Of a stretch of DNA of 25,278 nt, positions 18,322-25,278 are shown in pieces (position 1 is the first letter of the stretch; the number at the start of each line of letters is the position of its first letter). The notes beneath the pieces are model-generated. The model did not search any database, had not been told where the DNA came from, and saw nothing but the letters and a program-made list of their open reading frames with translations. Location of the stretch: positions 1 to 25,278 of IMG/VR virus record IMGVR_UViG_3300012953_000206; one strand, 5' to 3'. The DNA comes from a virus (taxonomy: Duplodnaviria; Caudoviricetes). The translations under genes and the position numbers were made by a program.

Positions 18322-21300
18322 ATGAGTTTTCATATTAATTCCGATAAAGAAAAAATTAGGGGCGTCAACCCTAAAATTATTGGTGATAATGAGACTACCA
18401 TAAGAGTTGGCAGTGGAGCTGACGAACGAGAAATAATGCGTTTGGAGTTAGATACTCAAAGCGGGTTACCTCGTGTTGGTATTAACAGAACTGGTCAGAG
18501 AGTTAATAATATCAACGTCACTGCAGGTGGTTCTGGGTATACATTAGCTCCTACTGTTGTTGTTGATGCTCCTCCTAGTGGAGGAACTCAAGCTCTTGCT
18601 TCCGCGTTTATTTTTAATGGTGCTGTTGTTTCTGTAGCAGTAAATGATCCTGGTAATGGATACACGACTGCTCCAAACGTTGCATTTACTGGTGGTAATG
18701 GAGCTGGTGCTGCAGCAACTTCAGTCCTTGATACTGTTGATTTTGAACTTGATATTAATGGTGCTATCAGAACCTCTACATCTATTATTTCTGATACTGC
18801 TAGAATTTTAAACTTAGATATTGAGAACTTTATCACTCCAGATCTAAATTTAAGAGCACCAAATCTTAAGACATATATGAATGGAACTGGTACGCCATGG
18901 GCTGCCAATGTTATTGTAGCTAAAGGTGCTTATAGATACGCACAAGGAAATGTATACGAAGCAACCAACACAGGAACATCTGGAACAAGTGCTCCTATTC
19001 ATAAAGATGGAATCGTACTTAATGGTGAGGTAAACTTTAAACACATTGGTTTCAGAGTTGACGATAATAATGATTTCAAGTATCTTGAAACTGGTAACGC
19101 TGGTGTATTTCCCCGTTCTATCACACCCATACTAGGTGATAGATCTGACAAAATTGCAACTACAGAATACGTACTTAACCTAGCAACAAATGACGTTGGT
19201 GGTCGTGTTTATGTGTCCGCACAAATTGGTTCTGACTTAAATGATGGTCGTTCTGCTGTAAACCCAGTCCGTACTATCAAGAAAGCAGCACAGATTGCAT
19301 GGTCAACACCTGGTGTTAAAGAAACACTTATTGTATCTGGTGGAGATTATGTAGAAGATAACCCAATTTCATTACCTCCAGACTGTTCAGTTGTTGGTGA
19401 CAACCTTCGTTTGGTTATTGTCAGACCAGCTAACCTTGGAAAACATATTTTCAAATTTGGTGATAAAAACTATGTTACTGGAGTAACATATAGAGATAAA
19501 ATTGATTCCAATGGCGACTCAATTGGAACTTGGGATTATGCTATGGTCTTTGACGATAAGCAAAGAATCGTTATTGATAATGAAGCAAACGGAGATGCTA
19601 GTGTAGAGTTTCCAATTGGACATCAAATTTTTGGACCAGAAAGATTTCGTATTGGATTCCAAAATAACACAGGATTGGCATTATTACAATCTAATGTTGA
19701 AGCTGTAGGTTTAAACACTGGTGCTAGAGCAAATATTGTTGATGTTGCCTTTACTACCACCACAGGTGCCAGTGCATATGTCACTGGTACTATTGATGTA
19801 CAGTTAAAATCTGGTTCCTTAATTGAAGGTGATCAGTACAGTTATATTACATCTGCATCTACTGGTGGTGCATCATCATTAACTATTTCAGGTACATCTG
19901 GTAATAACAAACTAAGGTTTACCAATGATCCATCATCTGAAATTCCAGTAAATTCTGTTGTATTTTTAGATGATACTGATAATTCTAGTTTTACATCAGG
20001 TTATTATCAAGTAACTAGTATTGATACTTCAAACTCACCAACTTATTGGGATGTTGAGTTTATTCCAATCTTAGGTGCTCCTTCTTGGGATACTACACTA
20101 ACAGAAACCATTGCAATGAGTTCTGCTACAACAGTATCCAATACAATAGATACTGTCAATCTAAAATCAATTAGATCTGAGGGTGAAGTTGTTTCTTATG
20201 ATCAAGATGTAACATCAACTCTACCTATTTCTAGAGTTGATTTCTCTTTACAAGGAGATGCTAGTATTGCAACAGGTGGTTTCCAACAAGCTCAATTTGG
20301 AAGTGCAGAAGATATTGGTGGTATTGTTTTCTATACAAGTGCTCTTGTAGGTAGAACAAATTTCCATGAATTTAAAGAAGGACAAGAAATTATTATTAGT
20401 GGAATGCCAACTAATAGTCCAGATTTGTCTTTCCTTAATGGTAAACAAAGAATTTATAAAGTTTTAGAAGATGCTGATGGTCGTGCAAGAAGATTTGTAA
20501 TTCCTAAAAAATTCCCATCATTAACAACATCAAACTTTAATCCAGGAGAATTTGCAACAGTACAGTCATATTCTAAAGTTGTTACATTATCACTATTAAA
20601 CTCACCAAACAAGTTTCCTCTTGCTACACCTGTTGAAAGAAGGTATCAAGATGCTTGTCAGTTAATTAGAAATAATAGAGATTATATTGCAGAGGAAGTA
20701 GTTGGTAGAATTAATAAGGAATTCTCAAAAGATTATTTTGCTGTATATAATATTAATACCGTCAGTAATACTTTTGACATTTATCTTGGTGCTACAGATC
20801 ATGTAAACACATATGTTAGTGGTGGTACAGTAACATTTGGCGGTAGTTCGTATACAATTAGTAATTTTGTATATGACAATGTAGGTGGTGTTGCTACAGT
20901 TACAACAACTAATCCTGCTGTTAGTGCATTATCTGAAGATGATATTGTTAAATTAGCAGATATTCTTATTTCTTGTAGTGCAGGTCAAAAAGTATATCCA
21001 GCATACAGTGCTCCAACTTCTGGAATCAATACTGGTGATGATGGTGATACACAATGTAAGCAAGATATTATTCACTTCTTAAATGCTCTAGTAAGAGATC
21101 TTGAGTTTGGAACTAACCATAATATTATTGAAGGTTCTAAAAAATATATTATTGATGGCAAGATCACTTATATTGATGATGAAATTATTCAGAATGTGCG
21201 TGCTATTGAATATGCCAGAGAATTAGCAATTTATGCAATGTGTAACTGGAGGATTAAAGATAGAACTCCTACTGATCCTCTATACGTTACAAAATATGCT

Positions 21301-24300
21301 ACATCTACAAGATATATTGATGATACAATTATATCAGCAACAGCAGGAAATCCACGTTGTGATGATGTAAGAGCTGCTATTGATACTTTATCGTTCTTGT
21401 GGGCTGATGTTATCACTAATAATGCTAATGGAACTTATCTTGATGCTGCATATTTAATTGCAAGAAACGCTGATGTAATTGCAGATCAAGCACTTATTGA
21501 TACAGAAGCTGCATATCCAACACTTGATCTTTCTGATTTACATCAGAGAAAATGTCGTAGAGATATTAAGATTGTATTAGAAGGATTATTGAGAGATTTA
21601 GTTCTTGGTGGAAACCATGGTGTTGTTTCTACTGCAGAGGCATACTTTAGCGGAACTGTTCTTTCTGGTATCTCAGAAGGACAAAGAGCAGAAACACTTT
21701 ATGCTTTTGAAAGAGTAAAACTATATTCCATCCAGGCAATGCGTAACTGGTCTGATGGAAACGTTTTACTAACAACTCCAACAGGATCTACGTATGTTCC
21801 TGCTACAGGAGCATTGACAGTAGTTATTCCAGATCCAGCAGTAGCACCTGTAGCAAACTCAGACAGGATTGCTTTCTCTGAGGGAGCGTTAACATTTACT
21901 TGTGCATATGGTGGTGGTGGTACTGATGCAGGTCCTTATAGAACTGACATTGCATTTGGTAAGAGTTTCTTAATCACTAACGTAGCTTCTAGTGGTGGTA
22001 ACACTACACTTTCACTTAATGTTGGTGTTGCAGGAAGCAATACTGACACACATACATTTGATAGTGCTCTTGCTAATGGCACTAAAATTATCTATGGTCC
22101 TATTACATTAACATCTCCAATTCCTAGGTATGAAGATTGGAGTATCTTAACTGAAAGTGGTGCTGCTCCTATTGGCATATTTACTCCATCAAATGTTACT
22201 TATGATCCAGCAAATGGTGATCTTACATTTACTACTGCAACTGCACATAATTTAACAAACTCCAATACAATTCGTTTCCAACCAGAATCATTGGTGTTTA
22301 CTTGTGATATGGATAATGATGCTACAGAGCATAGATATCCACAAAATGGTCAACCTGCATTTGGTAATAACCTTGTAATTACTGGAACAACATCCAATAC
22401 AGTTACAGTTAATGTTGGTGCTGTTGGTAGTAATGTTCAATTTACACCTACTGCAGGAAGTTATGATCCTGCAACAGGAATAATGACACTAGAGATTGGT
22501 GCTCATACTTTAGATGTTGGAGAAGGTGTTGTTATTGCTGATAATTCATTATCATTCAAGTGTTTAATGGATGGTAATACTGCAACTAAGACATATCCAA
22601 GACCTTCTATTGATAGAGTTAGTGGAAGATCAATTTCAATTGCAGGAAAAACAGCAACTACAATTTCAGTTAATGTTGGTAAATCTCCTGCAGATAGAAC
22701 ATTCCAAGCAGGTTCTAACACAGCATATGATCCTGTATCTGGACTTTTAATTCTTGATGTAGGTACTCAACATGGTATTGGCGTAGGAAGAAATATTGTA
22801 TTAGAAGATGGTGCTGTAACGTTTACATGTAATCTTGATGGTAATGCAACTCAACATAGTTATCCTCGTTCAACCGACCCTGCATCTGGAACATCTCTAG
22901 AGGTTACTGATGTTACAACTTCATCACATACAGTAAGCAATGCACCATACGATGCAGCTACTGGTATTATAACATTCACATTATCATCTCATGGATGGGC
23001 AACTGGTGATTATATCAAGATTGATGATGATGCATTAACATATAAATGTGAACTTGATGGTAATTCAACTGATCATGCTTATCCTCGTGCTGGATTTGAT
23101 TATGCAAGTAATCGTTGGTTACCGATTACAAAGATAGATGACAATACATTCTCAGTTGATGTTGGTGTTTCTTCTTCTGCTGATCAATATACACATACAT
23201 TTGTAAGTGCTGCAGCTAACGGAATTAAGAGGCAAGCTGGATTAATAGTTGTTAATGTTGGTACTACTCCTCTTGTTAATTTCACTCCTAGTGGAGTAAC
23301 ATACAATACTACAAGTGGTGATTTAGTTATTCAATTGAATGCAAATCATGGACTTACTGTTGGAACAAGCATTAAACTTGCTACAGATTCATTAACATTT
23401 GAATGTCCTGCTGCTGTTGGAACTCATACATTTGTAAGTGGAACTACTGGAGCAATTCAAGCAAGTAATGGTAATACCAATACATTTACTGCTATAACAG
23501 GTACAACTTATAATCCTACAACTGGAGTTTTAATATTAAAATTCTCTGGTGCTCATGGTTTATCAACAAGTAATAAAGTCACGATTGCTAACGGTGGAGT
23601 TACATTTACTTGTGATGCTGATAATCATGCAACAAACCACCCATATCCTAGAGCATCTGATCCTGTATCAGGACAAGCACTTGACATTGATGCTGTAACT
23701 AGTGATACAATTGAAGTTAATGTTGGTATAGCATCTTCAAATAGTCAGAGTACATATCCTCGTGCAACAGGTGCTAATACATCTAGTGGTGCTGACTATG
23801 CATATGACACTGCTCTACCAATTACTAATGCAGATCAGGCAGCTGGTACAATTACAATTAATGTTAATGGTGGACAAGGTGCAATTAGTGTAGGATCTAC
23901 CCATACATTTGTATCTGCAACAGCTGGAGCAGTAATTTCTGGTGGTAATTACGCACATACATTTGTAAGTGGTCTTGCAAATGGTATTAAATTTACACCA
24001 CAATCTGCACATACATTCGTATCTGCAACAACTAATGCAATTTCACATACTCCAAATTCACCTCACGCATTTATAAGAGCAAATACAGATGCTGTAAGTG
24101 CTTATTCTTCTAGTGCTGGATCAATTTGTGCAAATGTAGAATCTAGTATTAACACAGCATTAGAACTGTTTGCAGATATTCTAGACGGAACAACCCTTCC
24201 TGGATCTACAACCCAAACGTTTGGAACTTTATATGATACTGCTCCTATCATTACATATCCAGATAGTTACATCACTGATTTCTATAATCAGAGAATGGCA

Positions 24301-25278
24301 GTTCGTGGTATTTACGATGATTATCCTATCATTGAAGCATCTCCATATACACAGAACGCATCTGTTATTTCCTTTAGAGGGGGTGGTGGTGCTCTTGTTG
24401 ATGGATCTAAAGTTAAGCAACCTAACTGCCCATTTGCTGGATTAGAACCAGATGGAACAGCATCCTTCCCTAATCAGGGTAAATCCATGGTTGCTGCAGC
24501 GTTCACGATTGTGTCGTTTGGTGGTACTGGATATAGAATTATAGAAGATGGATATGTACAGTTAGTTTCTGTATTTGTTATTTTCTGTCAAGACGGTGTT
24601 CTTGCTGAATCAGGTGGTTATGCATCTATTACTAACTCTGCTACCAACTTTGGTACATATGCTTTAAGGGGTAAGGGATATAGAGAAGAATGTTATGAGT
24701 TTGACCAAGGAACAGTTAATGTTGTATCTCAGACTCCAACTGGAAGAACCACCATGACAATTGGTGGTATTGGTAGGGAACCACTTGAGCACTACATTGT
24801 TAAATTGGACGGATATACAAATGCAGATCCAACCAAAGAATTCTTTATTGATAGTGTAAGTGGTGTTACTGTAGGACCACCTTTCTCAGCGACTCTTATA
24901 ATTGATGATGGTGTGGGTAATGGATTAAGTCTGATTGAAACCGCAACTGGTAATACTATTTCTGGACTAACAGCATTACAAGCTGCGTTAACACCAGCTG
25001 CTGCATCTAACGCAACAATCAAGTTACATAGACCATCAATTGTTAATTCCTCATCACACACTTGGGAATTTGCTGGTTCTGGTAACAATTATCTTGCATT
25101 ACCTGAAAACGGTGGTACTAAGGTAGAAGCAAATGAGCAAGTATCTCAAGATTATGGTCGTGTTTATGTTTCAGGTACTGACGAACTTGGAGACTTCAAG
25201 GTTGGTACATTTGCTAGAATTGAGAACAGAACTGGTAACATTACCTTTACTGGTACGGTTACAATTTCTGAAGTTGAA
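18322..25278 (+). CDS. Very large tail fibre/spike-like structural protein, >=2319 aa, 3'-truncated by window (absent from ORF track)
   Basis: Hand translation from ATG 18322 (MSFHINSDKEKIRGVNPK...) found no stop before the window end (...GNITFTGTVTISEVE). It contains KIATTEYV, a beta-helix-like start (VYVSAQIGSDLNDGRSAVNPVRTIKKAA...GDYVEDNPISLPPDCSVVGDNLR), SPYTQNA...GYVQLVSVFVIFC...GGYASITNSATNFG, and HTWEFAGSG...GRVYVSGTDELGDFKVG. Confidence 0.92.
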   Translation, partial: MSFHINSDKEKIRGVNPKIIGDNETTIRVGSGADEREIMRLELDTQSGLPRVGINRTGQRVNNINVTAGGSGYTLAPTVVVDAPPSGGTQALASAFIFNGAVVSVAVNDPGNGYTTAPNVAFTGGNGAGAAATSVLDTVDFELDINGAIRTSTSIISDTARILNLDIENFITPDLNLRAPNLKTYMNGTGTPWAANVIVAKGAYRYAQGNVYEATNTGTSGTSAPIHKDGIVLNGEVNFKHIGFRVDDNNDFKYLETGNAGVFPRSITPILGDRSDKIATTEYVLNLATNDVGGRVYVSAQIGSDLNDGRSAVNPVRTIKKAAQIAWSTPGVKETLIVSGGDYVEDNPISLPPDCSVVGDNLRLVIVRPANLGKHIFKFGDKNYVTGVTYRDKIDSNGDSIGTWDYAMVFDDKQRIVIDNEANGDASVEFPIGHQIFGPERFRIGFQNNTGLALLQSNVEAVGLNTGARANIVDVAFTTTTGASAYVTGTIDVQLKSGSLIEGDQYSYITSASTGGASSLTISGTSGNNKLRFTNDPSSEIPVNSVVFLDDTDNSSFTSGYYQVTSIDTSNSPTYWDVEFIPILGAPSWDTTLTETIAMSSATTVSNTIDTVNLKSIRSEGEVVSYDQDVTSTLPISRVDFSLQGDASIATGGFQQAQFGSAEDIGGIVFYTSALVGRTNFHEFKEGQEIIISGMPTNSPDLSFLNGKQRIYKVLEDADGRARRFVIPKKFPSLTTSNFNPGEFATVQSYSKVVTLSLLNSPNKFPLATPVERRYQDACQLIRNNRDYIAEEVVGRINKEFSKDYFAVYNINTVSNTFDIYLGATDHVNTYVSGGTVTFGGSSYTISNFVYDNVGGVATVTTTNPAVSALSEDDIVKLADILISCSAGQKVYPAYSAPTSGINTGDDGDTQCKQDIIHFLNALVRDLEFGTNHNIIEGSKKYIIDGKITYIDDEIIQNVRAIEYARELAIYAMCNWRIKDRTPTDPLYVTKYATSTRYIDDTIISATAGNPRCDDVRAAIDTLSFLWADVITNNANGTYLDAAYLIARNADVIADQALIDTEAAYPTLDLSDLHQRKCRRDIKIVLEGLLRDLVLGGNHGVVSTAEAYFSGTVLSGISEGQRAETLYAFERVKLYSIQAMRNWSDGNVLLTTPTGSTYVPATGALTVVIPDPAVAPVANSDRIAFSEGALTFTCAYGGGGTDAGPYRTDIAFGKSFLITNVASSGGNTTLSLNVGVAGSNTDTHTFDSALANGTKIIYGPITLTSPIPRYEDWSILTESGAAPIGIFTPSNVTYDPANGDLTFTTATAHNLTNSNTIRFQPESLVFTCDMDNDATEHRYPQNGQPAFGNNLVITGTTSNTVTVNVGAVGSNVQFTPTAGSYDPATGIMTLEIGAHTLDVGEGVVIADNSLSFKCLMDGNTATKTYPRPSIDRVSGRSISIAGKTATTISVNVGKSPADRTFQAGSNTAYDPVSGLLILDVGTQHGIGVGRNIVLEDGAVTFTCNLDGNATQHSYPRSTDPASGTSLEVTDVTTSSHTVSNAPYDAATGIITFTLSSHGWATGDYIKIDDDALTYKCELDGNSTDHAYPRAGFDYASNRWLPITKIDDNTFSVDVGVSSSADQYTHTFVSAAANGIKRQAGLIVVNVGTTPLVNFTPSGVTYNTTSGDLVIQLNANHGLTVGTSIKLATDSLTFECPAAVGTHTFVSGTTGAIQASNGNTNTFTAITGTTYNPTTGVLILKFSGAHGLSTSNKVTIANGGVTFTCDADNHATNHPYPRASDPVSGQALDIDAVTSDTIEVNVGIASSNSQSTYPRATGANTSSGADYAYDTALPITNADQAAGTITINVNGGQGAISVGSTHTFVSATAGAVISGGNYAHTFVSGLANGIKFTPQSAHTFVSATTNAISHTPNSPHAFIRANTDAVSAYSSSAGSICANVESSINTALELFADILDGTTLPGSTTQTFGTLYDTAPIITYPDSYITDFYNQRMAVRGIYDDYPIIEASPYTQNASVISFRGGGGALVDGSKVKQPNCPFAGLEPDGTASFPNQGKSMVAAAFTIVSFGGTGYRIIEDGYVQLVSVFVIFCQDGVLAESGGYASITNSATNFGTYALRGKGYREECYEFDQGTVNVVSQTPTGRTTMTIGGIGREPLEHYIVKLDGYTNADPTKEFFIDSVSGVTVGPPFSATLIIDDGVGNGLSLIETATGNTISGLTALQAALTPAAASNATIKLHRPSIVNSSSHTWEFAGSGNNYLALPENGGTKVEANEQVSQDYGRVYVSGTDELGDFKVGTFARIENRTGNITFTGTVTISEVE
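21769..24102 (+). repeat. Seven copies of a ~105-aa beta module (YDP.TG / H.L..G / F.C..D / YPR / VNVG / HTFVS), mostly nested
   Basis: Unit starts are near 21769, 22180, 22441, 22702, 22927, 23281 and 23422. The HTF(V/D)S-type His codons are at 22051, 23194, 23425, 23902, 23956, 24010 and 24064. Confidence 0.88.
23902..24102 (+). repeat. Tandem 54-nt (18-aa) period repeat, 4 copies of HTFVS(A/G)...(A/G)(I/V)
   Basis: catacatttgtatctgcaaca (23902), catacatttgtaagtggt (23956), catacattcgtatctgcaaca (24010) and cacgcatttataagagca (24064) are spaced exactly 54 nt apart. Confidence 0.88.

Noticed and set aside
23902-24102. 54-nt periodic repeat as a possible CRISPR array or DGR repeat
   Set aside because: The copies are in frame, degenerate at synonymous positions and conserved as protein. 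There are no cas or reverse transcriptase genes in the window and no adenine-specific variation.
2148-24445. Short alternative-frame plus-strand ORFs (2148, 10030, 10495, 11650, 12565, 13460, 16847, 24221)
   Set aside because: These are Leu/Met/Val-rich frame-shift shadows of the T-ending codon bias inside real genes.
1-25278. tRNA, rRNA, other ncRNA or mobile elements
   Set aside because: Intergenic gaps are at most 62 nt and are occupied by promoter and leader sequence. I saw no such signatures.

Overview
AT-rich, gap-free block of + strand virion-structure genes from a T4-like cyanomyovirus (Kyanoviridae-type; host not determinable from this window). Gene order: 3' part of a baseplate wedge gp7-like gene (frame open from base 2), baseplate wedge gp8, a 2699-aa VrlC/DUF4815-like protein, a 68-aa coiled-coil protein, a 1617-aa fibre-like protein, a 166-aa protein, and a >=2319-aa fibre/spike gene (18322 to window end) that the ORF track omits because it has no stop codon here. 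T4 late-promoter-like boxes (TATAAATA / GCTAAATA) lie in the three larger intergenic gaps. The most striking observation comes from hand translation: both fibre-like proteins appear built by recursive 'Russian-doll' domain insertion. Domain halves open in series and close in reverse order like balanced brackets, with circularly permuted copies of one module. The 1617-aa protein also has cupredoxin-like His/Cys/His/Met sites. All fold assignments are motif-based inference; no searches were run.
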